Source: Candidatus Fermentibacterota bacterium (GTDB lineage: Bacteria > JAFGKV01). Taken from it: a DNA stretch of 64,000 nt. The position numbers and the translations under genes are program-made. The notes below the pieces were generated by a model that ran no database searches, was not told the origin of the DNA, and saw nothing but the letters and a program-made list of their open reading frames with translations. The DNA is taken from contig JAFGKV010000238.1 of NCBI GenBank assembly GCA_016928395.1, positions 11,708 to 75,707 on the forward strand, given 5' to 3'. Positions 37,128 to 46,984 of this stretch are shown here, piece by piece (within the stretch, counting starts at the first letter, position 1; each line of letters starts with the position of its first letter).

Positions 37128-39623
37128 ATGGCGATGACGCGCTCCATTACTGTCGCACTGGCCGGCAACCCCAATTCCGGCAAGAGCACCATCTTCAACA
37201 ATCTCACGGGTCACCGGCAGCATGTCGGAAACTACCCCGGCGTCACGGTGGAGACGAAACAGGGCGTCTGCCGGTGGGGCGACCAGCAAATCCACATCAT
37301 CGATCTCCCAGGTACCTATAGCCTTACTGCCTATTCGCCGGAGGAGCTCGAAGCGCGAACCTTCATCGTAAAGCAGCAACCCGATGTGGTGGTGGATGTG
37401 GTCGACGCGTCGAATATTGAGCGCAATCTGTATCTGACCACACAGCTTCTCGATCTTGGCAGGCCGGTGATCATCGCGCTGAACATGACCGACGTGGCCC
37501 ACGTGCGAGGGATCGAGTTTGATCTAAAGCAGCTCTCGCTTCTCCTTGGCACTCCCATCGTACCCATGGTGGGATCGCGGAACGAGGGCACGCGCGAGCT
37601 CATTGCCGCCATTGCACAGGTGGCCACCGATGGTTCTCCCTACCGATCGCGGCATGTCTACTACGGTCGTGAGATCGAGGAAGAGGTCGCGAGGGTCGAG
37701 GATGCGCTGACTTCAGATGGGGGCGCGCAGGCTTCTGTCCCGCAGCGTTGGGTGGCACTGCAACTTCTGGAAGGCGACCCTGAGGTGGCAGAGACCGCCC
37801 CCTCCGCCGCCAAGGCTGTCGCCGCGTCGAGCATTCAGCATCTCGAGCGGGTATTTGGGGGGGCATTGGATACCGTCATGGCGGATCGAAGGTATGGATT
37901 CGTATCGGGTGCGTGCCAGGAGGCGGTGCGCTCCACCGCCGAGACACGACACAGCCTCTCTGACGCAATAGACGCGGTGGTGACCAGCAGCCTGTTCGGA
38001 CTGCCGCTGTTCCTAGCGTTGATGTACGTGGTCTTCCTTGTCATTTTCCGACTGGGCGGGCCGGCTACCGATCTCCTCTCGGCCGGGTTCGGGCACCTTG
38101 GTTCACTGATCATCGACTGGTGGCCACCGGGGATGGATACCACAGTCCGCGACCTGCTCGTCGAAGGCGTGATCGGGGGAGTCGGGGGTGTACTCGCTCT
38201 GCTGCCCAACGTGCTGTTCTTGTTCATGGCCATCGCCATACTCGAGGATACGGGGTACATGGCCAGGGCCGCGTTTATCACCGATCGTCTCATGCATCAT
38301 ATCGGGCTGCATGGGAAGAGCTTCATTCCCCTGGTGCTCGGCTTCGGATGCACGGTTCCCGCCGTGATGGCAACCCGCATCCTGGAAAACCGACGCGACA
38401 GGCTGACCACCATGCTCGTGGCGCCTCTCATGAGTTGCGGCGCCAAGTTTGCCGTCTACTCCATGCTGATCGCCGCCTTCTTTCCTCAGGCGTGGCGGGC
38501 GCCCGTATTATGGTCGGTCTATCTCATCGGTGTAATGCTGGCCATGGCCGGGGCCAGACTCCTTCGCAGCACCCTGCTTCGGGGGGAGTCGGTCCCGCTG
38601 GTCATGGAGCTTCCCCCTTACCGTATGCCCACGGTTCGAGGCATTCTCATTCATATGTGGGAGCGCGGCGGCGAGTTCGTGAAGAAGGCTGGCACGGTCA
38701 TTCTGGCCCTTTCCATCGTCCTGTGGGCGATGACGGCCTATCCGAGGCTACCGGACGACGGCAGGTATGACGCACGGCGTGACGAGGCCGCTGCCCGATA
38801 CGAGGAAGGACTTCATTCGCTCAGGGCTCTGTTGGGCCTTCCGGAAAGCTCAGCCGTTCCAGGGAATCTGCTCTTGGATGATAGGGTCGGGCTAGAAGAA
38901 AACGCGGCGGAAGGCTCAGTCGATGACCATAAACGGGAGGCCACAGGCGAAGGCGCCACGATGGAGCGGTTTCTTTCGCTTCTCAGAGATGTCAGAGCCA
39001 TACGGGAGCGCATGGCGGACGCAGAGCGTGTCCGATTCGAGGATAGCGGCAGTTCCGCAAAGCAATTGCTCCAGGAGGCGGCCGTGGCACGGCTCTCTCA
39101 GCTTGAGTATCGGGAACCCAGCCTCTTCTCAGCGGCCGTTCGCTATCTGGATGAGGTTGAGGGCCCCTATCGCGTTGCCCTGGAATCCATAGACGGCGAG
39201 GAGCATGCCGCGCGGCTGGGCAACTCAGCGGCCGGCCGGATCGGCCATTTCATGGAACCGGCCTTGGTCCCGCTGGGATTCGACTGGAGAATCGGCACTG
39301 CGTTGATCGGCGCGATGGCGGCACGGGAAGCGTTCATCGCCCAACTGGGAATCCTGTTCGCCGCGGATGGCCGGCAGTCATCCCGCGAGCTGCAGCACAG
39401 GCTGGGGGCAACCTACCCGCCTCTCACCGGGTTCACTATCATGCTCTTCATTCTTATCGGAAGTCCCTGTCTCCCCACGCTGGCTGTGACCTATCGGGAG
39501 AGTCGCTCGTGGAAATGGCCGCTACTGCAGATCATAGCCTTCACCTTTGCTGCGTATGCGATCGTGTTCGTGGTCTATTCTCTGGGCATGATCCTTGGCG
39601 TGGGCACCACCATCATCGGGTAG
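37128..39623 (+). CDS. feoB: Ferrous iron transport protein B
   Basis: GNPNSGKS, VGNYPGVTVE, DLPGTYSL, NMTD, GFGCTVPA, MELPPY; start approximate. Confidence 0.96.
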   Translation: MAMTRSITVALAGNPNSGKSTIFNNLTGHRQHVGNYPGVTVETKQGVCRWGDQQIHIIDLPGTYSLTAYSPEELEARTFIVKQQPDVVVDVVDASNIERNLYLTTQLLDLGRPVIIALNMTDVAHVRGIEFDLKQLSLLLGTPIVPMVGSRNEGTRELIAAIAQVATDGSPYRSRHVYYGREIEEEVARVEDALTSDGGAQASVPQRWVALQLLEGDPEVAETAPSAAKAVAASSIQHLERVFGGALDTVMADRRYGFVSGACQEAVRSTAETRHSLSDAIDAVVTSSLFGLPLFLALMYVVFLVIFRLGGPATDLLSAGFGHLGSLIIDWWPPGMDTTVRDLLVEGVIGGVGGVLALLPNVLFLFMAIAILEDTGYMARAAFITDRLMHHIGLHGKSFIPLVLGFGCTVPAVMATRILENRRDRLTTMLVAPLMSCGAKFAVYSMLIAAFFPQAWRAPVLWSVYLIGVMLAMAGARLLRSTLLRGESVPLVMELPPYRMPTVRGILIHMWERGGEFVKKAGTVILALSIVLWAMTAYPRLPDDGRYDARRDEAAARYEEGLHSLRALLGLPESSAVPGNLLLDDRVGLEENAAEGSVDDHKREATGEGATMERFLSLLRDVRAIRERMADAERVRFEDSGSSAKQLLQEAAVARLSQLEYREPSLFSAAVRYLDEVEGPYRVALESIDGEEHAARLGNSAAGRIGHFMEPALVPLGFDWRIGTALIGAMAAREAFIAQLGILFAADGRQSSRELQHRLGATYPPLTGFTIMLFILIGSPCLPTLAVTYRESRSWKWPLLQIIAFTFAAYAIVFVVYSLGMILGVGTTIIG

Positions 39624-39626
39624 CGC

Positions 39627-39869
39627 ATGAGCACCCTTATCGTTGTTGCTGCGGTGATGGTCTCGGTTGTCGTGGTGGTTCGGCATGCCCGCCGCAGCCT
39701 TCGTGGGCACCCCTCGTCCTGTGCCGGGTGTCCCTGCCGCTGTAGCCCCCGCAACCCCTGCGAACGGCCAGAGGAGTCCGGGGCACGGCGGCGGATGCCA
39801 CTGGGAGATGACCAGGGAGACTCGCGCAGAGCTGCGGGACGCGGACCAGAGACCGAGGCAGGACTGTAG
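39627..39869 (+). CDS. FeoB-associated Cys-rich small membrane protein
   Basis: N-terminal TM then SCAGCPCRC; 3 nt after feoB stop. Confidence 0.75.
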   Translation: MSTLIVVAAVMVSVVVVVRHARRSLRGHPSSCAGCPCRCSPRNPCERPEESGARRRMPLGDDQGDSRRAAGRGPETEAGL

Positions 39870-40398
39870 GAGATGGGGTGGCGCCCGCCCTATCCGGTGA
39901 AGCGGGCAGCGAATGGAGGGATGTGAGGAGGATGAGATCGACGACTACTATGCTCACGAGCAACTATCTGAACATCGCAGCTTCCCACGGGGGGGCGTTG
40001 AGCTTCGGCATGGTCGTTGCGTGCCCGATATCGCAAGCCTTAGGCACTGGGTTCCTCTGACCAACCAGACAGCAGGATTCAGGAGGGGGAAAGCGAGACC
40101 CTGTCTCTGATACAATAGACCCAACGACCCAACCGTTGCCTCAATTGCCCTTGTCTCACGATCCTCCTGACATCGCGAGCGATCACAAAGCCTTTTTGCT
40201 CGTGCCGGGACCATGCCCTCGGAACAAGGCCGATCCCTCATCCCTGTCTCCCCCGGAGCGGCTACATCAGCCTCTTTCACTGTGGGTGACATGCCGCCGG
40301 CTGCCCACTCACTTGACATCTGACCGCTGAGACGGCATCTGGCGTGGCAACCCGGATCCATCGCCTAGGAGGCAGCCAGTCCCGCCTGGGAGCAGCAC

Positions 40399-41970
40399 AT
40401 GCATTCTGACAAGCAGATCCTCTTGAACGCCGCCACTGAGTTGCTTCTCCTGCAGAGAAGGCCTGCCATTACCCGAACCATCCTGCAGTATGCGAGGAGG
40501 ATCTCTGGAGTCGAAGACATCACCCTTGCAGCTGTTGGCCGGACGGCGAGTCGGCGGGATCGTCGCGGCGACCGAAGCGTCTTCACGAGAATCCCCTTGG
40601 CCTACGGACGAAGGACGTGGGGATGCCTCGAGCTTGGTGTGGCACCGAAGGACCTCCAGGGGTGCCGCGATGACCTGGAGGTGTTGGCAAGGTGGGCTGC
40701 CCGGGCCCTTCGCAATGCCCATGTCTATTCAAGACTGAGGCAGAGGGTGAAGGGTGTCACCGCCCTCTACCGGGTTGGCACCACCATCACATCAACATTG
40801 AACCTGCGGTATCTGCTGGATCTCATTCTATCATCACTGCGCGAGGTTATCTCCTACGATGCCGCCGGAATCTACCTTCTGGAGGAGGACGGTGTCCGGC
40901 TCCGAGGCGTCGCCATGCGAGGATACCGACCCGAAGAGGAGAAGGCTGCCATGGCAAAATTGGGGCAGGGTGTGATTGGGTGGGCAGCAACGCAAGGGAC
41001 TGATCTGCTGGTTGGTGATGTTTCCAGGAACACCCACTATCTTTGTGCGAGGGACCAGACCGTTACGGAGATGGTAGCATTGCTGCGCCGGGGTACTCGT
41101 CTGCTGGGCGCGTTCAACGTGGAAAGCGACCGGCCTCATGCGTATGGAGGGACTGATTTGGTGCTCCTCCGGGCCTTCGCCAGCCAGGCCGCAGTGGCAG
41201 TGGACAATGCGGTACTGTACCGGGATGCAGTCGAGAAACGCAGGCTTGACTCTGAGCTTTCCGTAGCCAGCGAGATTCAGCAGCGGCTGCTGCCGTTGGG
41301 TGCGCCGAGTCTTGCCGGATGGGAGATGGCCGGATTGAGTGTACCCGCGACGCGAATCGGCGGCGACTACTACGATTTCGTCGGCGTGAGCCCCGGGGTG
41401 ATAGGCATAGCCATAGCCGACGTGGCCGGCAAGGGAGTGCCTGCGGCGCTGGTCATGGCAACCTTCCGCGCCTGTCTGCTGGCCGAAATAGTGAACGAGT
41501 ACTCCATCGAGATGATCTTTCGCAAAGTCAATGAGATCCTCCTGCGCAGTACGGAGCCTTCCGTGTTCGTGACTGCCATCTACGGTGCCCTGGAGGCCGG
41601 CAGCGGTGTGTTCACCTACTGCAACGCCGGGCATATCGAGCCGCTGGTCGTACCCCAGCACGGGGCCCCTCGGATACTGAACGGCAGTGACCTGATCCTA
41701 GGAGCGTTCGGCCATGCCTCGTATCACCAGCGACGGATTGAGCTGCGACCAGGCGAGGTGCTGGTCTTGGCCACCGATGGTATCATAGAGGCCAGCGCGG
41801 GTGACGAAGAGTTCGGTCTCGAACGGGTCTGCCGCGTGGTACAGGCTCACCAGCATGCATCAGCGGTGGAGATCCGAGACCACATTCACGCTGAGGTTCT
41901 GCGATTCGCGGTTGATCAACAGCAACGTGACGATATGACTGCCGTGGTGGTGAAGAGGCTTCCAGGCTGA
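40399..41970 (+). CDS. GAF-domain SpoIIE/RsbU-type (PP2C) serine phosphatase
   Basis: GAF (GQGVIGW..AVAVDNA); IQQRLLP, IGGDYYD, ADVAGKG, NAGH, TDGIIEA, DDMT. Confidence 0.93.
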   Translation: MHSDKQILLNAATELLLLQRRPAITRTILQYARRISGVEDITLAAVGRTASRRDRRGDRSVFTRIPLAYGRRTWGCLELGVAPKDLQGCRDDLEVLARWAARALRNAHVYSRLRQRVKGVTALYRVGTTITSTLNLRYLLDLILSSLREVISYDAAGIYLLEEDGVRLRGVAMRGYRPEEEKAAMAKLGQGVIGWAATQGTDLLVGDVSRNTHYLCARDQTVTEMVALLRRGTRLLGAFNVESDRPHAYGGTDLVLLRAFASQAAVAVDNAVLYRDAVEKRRLDSELSVASEIQQRLLPLGAPSLAGWEMAGLSVPATRIGGDYYDFVGVSPGVIGIAIADVAGKGVPAALVMATFRACLLAEIVNEYSIEMIFRKVNEILLRSTEPSVFVTAIYGALEAGSGVFTYCNAGHIEPLVVPQHGAPRILNGSDLILGAFGHASYHQRRIELRPGEVLVLATDGIIEASAGDEEFGLERVCRVVQAHQHASAVEIRDHIHAEVLRFAVDQQQRDDMTAVVVKRLPG

Positions 41971-42167
41971 TTCGGGAGGGGTACTGAGTTCTCCCCCCTG
42001 GACGACTTGCCCACACGTACCGGATCGTATAGCCAGGGCCGAGCCGGGTCAGGCATCTGTCTGTGAAGTTCGGACCCGGCCGGGAAAGCGCAGGTGTTCG
42101 TGGGAGATCTGATGATCGTGGAATTTCCCGGTGCCGGTTCACGCAATGGCTGCAACTCGGGGCATAC

Positions 42168-43232
42168 ATGGTAGACACTCCGGTCAAATCTCTGTTTGGA
42201 TGGGAGGGGCGTTATCGAAGCGTTCTGCAGGCGATTCCCGCACGTTCGCGGTTGCGCGAAGGAGTGACTGTTATCATTCCCTCCTGGAACGCGGTGGAGC
42301 TGCTTGCTGCGTGTCTGCGGTGCGTGGAGGCTCAGGACCTGAGCCCCACGCGGATCTTGGTGGTCGACAATGCTTCCACCGATGGTACGCGTGAGCTCGT
42401 GTCACGCAGTCGGAAAGTTGAGGTCGTACGACTCCCGCGCAATGTCGGCTACAGTGGGGCTCTTTCCCTCGCCTTTCCATTGGTGGACACGAGCTTCGTC
42501 GCGATTCTCAATAACGATGCCAGGCCAGACCGTGAATGGCTTTTGCGGCTTGTGGGTCACCTCCGCGAGTACCCCCACTTGGGTTGCGCCTATCCATTGG
42601 CCATTCGCACTGACGGGACCATTGATACGGCGGGCGATGTCCTTACGATTGCCGGGTTCGCCTACAAGCGCCTCCATCGTCGTGGTCGTTTGGTCAGGCC
42701 TCGGGATGGCCTGTTCGTCTCCCCTCCGGGGGTTGCCCCGGTGTACCGTACCGTGGCCGTTGCCTCGGCTGGCGGTTGGGACGGAATGCTGCACTCGCAG
42801 TGGGACGACGTGGATCTGGGTATCCGCCTGTGGAATGCAGGGTGGGATGCTGTCTTGGATACCAAGGTGCGCGTGGTGCATGAGCAGGGATCGTCTTCAT
42901 CACGGCGTGCCCGGTCCCGCGAATTCCTTGCCGCACGAAATGAGGCGGTCGTCCTGCTGAAAACCATGTCGCCGTTCCTTCTCGTGCTGATGGCGCCACA
43001 CCATGCTCTGTTTCTCATACTCTCGTTCTGTTCGCATCTCTTCCGGGGGACCGCGCCTGCCTTTCTGGCCGGGAAGGCCGCGGCCTTGGCAAGCCTGGGC
43101 GCCATCGCCGAGTCCCGGGGCCGTCTGCACCCGGTACGCTGGGTGCACATCCGCTCTCTGGATTGGCGGTGGCTGTCAGTCTGGTATGGCCTTTCCCGCT
43201 TTGGAGGTCGGCGGGCGCCTACTGCGTCTTGA
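42168..43232 (+). CDS. Glycosyltransferase family 2
   Basis: VIIPSWN, VVDNASTDGT, LNND, DDVDLGIR; start approximate. Confidence 0.9.
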   Translation: MVDTPVKSLFGWEGRYRSVLQAIPARSRLREGVTVIIPSWNAVELLAACLRCVEAQDLSPTRILVVDNASTDGTRELVSRSRKVEVVRLPRNVGYSGALSLAFPLVDTSFVAILNNDARPDREWLLRLVGHLREYPHLGCAYPLAIRTDGTIDTAGDVLTIAGFAYKRLHRRGRLVRPRDGLFVSPPGVAPVYRTVAVASAGGWDGMLHSQWDDVDLGIRLWNAGWDAVLDTKVRVVHEQGSSSSRRARSREFLAARNEAVVLLKTMSPFLLVLMAPHHALFLILSFCSHLFRGTAPAFLAGKAAALASLGAIAESRGRLHPVRWVHIRSLDWRWLSVWYGLSRFGGRRAPTAS

Positions 43233-43299
43233 CCAGCGAGGCGGGAAGGCACATACTGAGACGTTTGGCCATTTGTGGCTTCACTCCCATTGAGACAAA

Positions 43300-44034
43300 A
43301 TGAACCGCACCATCGTCATTGTACCTACCTACAACGAACGTGAGAACATCGAACCGCTTGCCACCATGGTCTTGGGGCAGGACGAAGCGCTCCATCTTCT
43401 CGTGGTCGACGACTCCTCGCCTGATGGAACGGCGGAAGCCGTGCGCCGGCTCCAGCGTGCCAGCGATCGCCTTCACCTCATCGTGCGCCCCGGCAAGGCC
43501 GGGCTGGGCACAGCCTACGTGCAGGCCTTTCGAACCGCTCTCGCAGACGGGTTCGACCGGGTTGTCACCATGGACGGCGATCTTTCCCATGATCCGGCAC
43601 ATCTTCCCGACCTACTCCGGAGACTGGAGTCCTACGACATGGTGATTGGTTCCCGTTATGTCTCCGGCGGGAAGACCTACAATTGGAGCTTTGGTCGAAG
43701 GCTTTTGAGTGCCTGCGGCAACCTCTATGCGCGCTCTGTCCTGCGTGTTCCCATCCGTGACTGCTCGGCCGGGTTCATAGGCTATCGGCGTCGTGTGCTC
43801 GAGGCCATTCCCCTGGATGGGGTCCATTCCGAGGGGTACTCCTTCCTCATGGAGATGAAGTACTGGACCCACAACCTGGGATTTACCATAGACGAGATGC
43901 CCATACTGTTCGTCGAGCGCTCGCGCGGCCGATCAAAGATCTCCCGCGCCATTCTTTTTGAGGCCCTCTGGCTCGTCTGGCGCCTTCGCCTCACCGTTCC
44001 GAGGGTCGCTGCCAGGATGAAGGGCGCGTCGTGA
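43300..44034 (+). CDS. Polyprenol monophosphomannose synthase (DPM1-like GT2)
   Basis: VPTYNERENI, VDDSSPDGT, GLGTAY, MDGDLSHDP, GSRYV, SKIS. Confidence 0.92.
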   Translation: MNRTIVIVPTYNERENIEPLATMVLGQDEALHLLVVDDSSPDGTAEAVRRLQRASDRLHLIVRPGKAGLGTAYVQAFRTALADGFDRVVTMDGDLSHDPAHLPDLLRRLESYDMVIGSRYVSGGKTYNWSFGRRLLSACGNLYARSVLRVPIRDCSAGFIGYRRRVLEAIPLDGVHSEGYSFLMEMKYWTHNLGFTIDEMPILFVERSRGRSKISRAILFEALWLVWRLRLTVPRVAARMKGAS

Positions 44035-46460
44035 TTTCCAGCCGACGCCCTCCTCTGACGTTCGTGTGCGCCATGGGTTTGATCTCTGGTGGGCTGATGC
44101 TCCTCGAGCTGTCGCTCACCCGGGTGTTCAGCGTCACGATGTGGTATCACTTTGCCTTTATGGCCATATCCATCGCGATGTTGGGCCTTTCGGGCGGCGC
44201 CGTGTTGGTGCATCGCCTCGGATCCCGTTGTGGTGAGAAGGCTCTGGAGCGCGCGCTCCCGATGCTCTGCGTGCTGTCTGCCGCCTTATCGATGGCCGGT
44301 GTCTCCGTTGTCCTTCGCCTCCGGTTCAGCCAGACACTCTCGATCCAGGGGGTGGCTCAGCTTGCGCTGATCTACGTGCTCACCACCATGCCCTTCGTGG
44401 TCGGCGGTGCGGTGATGGCGATCATTGTAAGGCGTTTTGCTTCGGGCATGAGTGTCTTGTACTTCGGCGATCTGGTGGGTGCGGCCGGCGCATGTTTGCT
44501 AGTGATACCGCTGTTGCGGATGCTGAACGGGCCACCCACGGTGTATGTCACGTGCACCCTGCTCTGCGCGGCGGGTCTTTTGCTCTCGGGTCGGCGTTTG
44601 CTGGTACCCGCGGTCTCTTTGGCCGTAGCCCTGGGGCTGTGGACCACCAACGACCACAGTGGGTTGCTACGGGTGGTGTGGGCAAAACAACGTCATGAGC
44701 GTGACTTGGTTCATGAGGCATGGAATTCGTACTCGCGAGTCACCGTATTCCCCACAGAGGAGGCCTGGAGCACGCAGTTCTTTGCGTGGGGCATGAGCCC
44801 GGCATACGACGGCGGAGTTCCGCGTCAGCTGGGCATGCACATTGACTCATACGCAGGCACTCCCATCACGGCTTTTGACGGCAACTGGGATGACCTCGAT
44901 CACCTTGCCTATGATGTGACTGCATTCGCCTATCACCTACGGCCATACGGGAAGCACCTCATCATCGGCCCCGGGGGCGGTCGTGACATCTTGGCGGCAC
45001 TCTCTCTGGGCGCGGACTCGGTGGTGGCGGTGGAGATGAACCCGGAGGTGGTCGAAGCGGTGAATGAGGTATTCGGCGAGTTCTCGGGGCGGCCTTACAG
45101 CCTCCCCCGGGTCGAGCCGATCATCGCCGAGGCCCGTTCGCACCTGCGCCGCGAGACGCGTCGATTCAACCTCATCCAAGCGTCGTTGGTTGATACATGG
45201 GCGGCCACCGCCGCCGGCGCCTACACTCTGACCGAGAATACGCTCTATACCGTGGAGGCCATGGAGGACTATCTGCGCTGTCTGCAGAGGAACGGCCTGG
45301 TGTCGATTTCCCGCTTTCTCACCGAACCGCCCGGCGAAGCTTTGCGGCTTGTGGCGGTGGCCTTGGAGGCTCTGGCCAGGATGGGAGCCCCGGACCCCGC
45401 GGCCCATGTGGCCGTGGTCGGCTGCCGCAACATTGCGACTCTCATAGTGGGCGCAGAGCCGCTGAGTGAGGAGGACCTTGGCCGGATCCGATCCTTGGCC
45501 GAGAGGTTCATGTTCCGGCTCGTTGCCATGCCCGGCGAGTGCCATCATCCGCTTTTCGCTGAGCTATCAACGAGGTTTCGAGACCCCGGCTTCTATGATG
45601 CATACGTCTTCGACGTTCGTCCGACCACCGATGACCGTCCGTTCTTCTTCAATATGGTCAAGCCCATCGACTTCCTCAAGGTGTTCAGCCTGAACGACTT
45701 GCCGACCCAGACTCACGCCAACGATGCGGTCTTCATTCTTGTGGCCGTGTTTTTCATCTCGTTTCTCATGACGGGCCTCATCGTCTTGTGGCCCCTGCGC
45801 CGGATCGCCAGAGAGGGGGGTCCCCGTGGCATGATGTTCAGCGGGTACTTTGCACTGCTCGGGCTCGCCTTCATGCTGGCTGAGGTGACCTTACTCCAGC
45901 GTTTCGTGCTCTTCCTTGGTCATCCAGTCTACTCGCTCTCCGTGGTGCTGCTGTCCCTCTTGCTCTTCGGCAGTGCGGGGAGCTTTGCGACTGCCCGGAT
46001 ACGGCCTGGGAGGGAACACCGCTGGGTAGCGCCTATCGGGCTTGGTTTGTGCGGGATGCTGTTTCTGGCACGAGTGGGCCTGGACTACCCGCTTACCCAA
46101 TGGCTAGGACTGGGCAAAGCATCTCGCATTCTCCTCACGTTCTTGCTTCTGTTTCCCTTGGGCTTCTGCATGGGAACGATGTTGCCGCTGGGTATGCGTC
46201 GGGCATCGGCCTGGCGGGCGGATTCGACACCCTGGCTGTGGGGCGTGAATGGGGCGGCATCGGTACTTGGCTCAGTTACGGCTTTTGTGCTGGCAATGAA
46301 CCTTGGATTCCGCTCAACTCTCATGGTGGCGGCAGTCTGCTACGGTGCAGCCGCGCTTATGCTCCCTCTGGCAGCCCGAGGCCAGGCCTTGCCTGAACGT
46401 CCCCGAGGTCGTAACATCTCTCTGTTTCCTGATTCCGAGGAGCACGACAGACCGGCTTGA
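44031..46460 (+). CDS. Multi-TM membrane protein with central spermidine-synthase-like SAM-binding domain
   Basis: LELSLTRVFS N-terminal TM block, LIIGPGGGRD, AVEMNP, TDDRPFF, WGVNG..SVLG. Confidence 0.85.
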   Translation: MISSRRPPLTFVCAMGLISGGLMLLELSLTRVFSVTMWYHFAFMAISIAMLGLSGGAVLVHRLGSRCGEKALERALPMLCVLSAALSMAGVSVVLRLRFSQTLSIQGVAQLALIYVLTTMPFVVGGAVMAIIVRRFASGMSVLYFGDLVGAAGACLLVIPLLRMLNGPPTVYVTCTLLCAAGLLLSGRRLLVPAVSLAVALGLWTTNDHSGLLRVVWAKQRHERDLVHEAWNSYSRVTVFPTEEAWSTQFFAWGMSPAYDGGVPRQLGMHIDSYAGTPITAFDGNWDDLDHLAYDVTAFAYHLRPYGKHLIIGPGGGRDILAALSLGADSVVAVEMNPEVVEAVNEVFGEFSGRPYSLPRVEPIIAEARSHLRRETRRFNLIQASLVDTWAATAAGAYTLTENTLYTVEAMEDYLRCLQRNGLVSISRFLTEPPGEALRLVAVALEALARMGAPDPAAHVAVVGCRNIATLIVGAEPLSEEDLGRIRSLAERFMFRLVAMPGECHHPLFAELSTRFRDPGFYDAYVFDVRPTTDDRPFFFNMVKPIDFLKVFSLNDLPTQTHANDAVFILVAVFFISFLMTGLIVLWPLRRIAREGGPRGMMFSGYFALLGLAFMLAEVTLLQRFVLFLGHPVYSLSVVLLSLLLFGSAGSFATARIRPGREHRWVAPIGLGLCGMLFLARVGLDYPLTQWLGLGKASRILLTFLLLFPLGFCMGTMLPLGMRRASAWRADSTPWLWGVNGAASVLGSVTAFVLAMNLGFRSTLMVAAVCYGAAALMLPLAARGQALPERPRGRNISLFPDSEEHDRPA

Positions 46461-46471
46461 CAGGCGAGACC

Positions 46472-46984
46472 ATGACTGAGATGCCCACTGTGCCACGGAA
46501 TGATGAGCAAGGCTTTGCCCCGCTGCGGGATCCGCCGGAGGTCGAGAGCCCTTTCGTCGCGGATGGCGGTCTTAGCGCGGCCGAAGAGGAGGCGATCCGC
46601 CAACGGGCCCGCGCGCGTTTGCGGGCGCAAGAAGAGGCGGATCGTGCGCGGGAGCGGGCGCGCCAGGAAGAACGATTGCTCCGATTGGAGGCCGAGCGGC
46701 TTCGCTGGCAGATAGTGGAAGACGAGACGGAGCGATTCCACCGTGAGCGCGGCAGGGTTCGCTACGTGTCATCCGGTGGTCAGGTCTTGTGGCTTTCGCC
46801 TGACGATATCAGCACGAGGCGCGCTCATCGGGTCCGCGGCAGACGCAAGGGCCGTTCCCATCGCACCAGGCGAACCGGTTCCGTCATCGCCATCACTCTG
46901 AGGGTTGCGGGCGTATCTCTCGCCATCGCCTTCGGGCTCATACTCGTGCTTGGCGCGGCGATCTATATTGTGGAGTATGCCTGA
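46472..46984 (+). CDS. Coiled-coil protein with C-terminal membrane anchor (paralog of 14166..14585)
   Basis: ERFHRERGRVRYVSSGGQVLWLSP motif, basic linker, C-terminal TM. Confidence 0.75.
   Translation: MTEMPTVPRNDEQGFAPLRDPPEVESPFVADGGLSAAEEEAIRQRARARLRAQEEADRARERARQEERLLRLEAERLRWQIVEDETERFHRERGRVRYVSSGGQVLWLSPDDISTRRAHRVRGRRKGRSHRTRRTGSVIAITLRVAGVSLAIAFGLILVLGAAIYIVEYA

Noticed and set aside
41971-42100. Imperfect hairpins after the phosphatase gene
   Set aside because: Stems are interrupted and lack a U tract; not distinguishable from chance at this GC content
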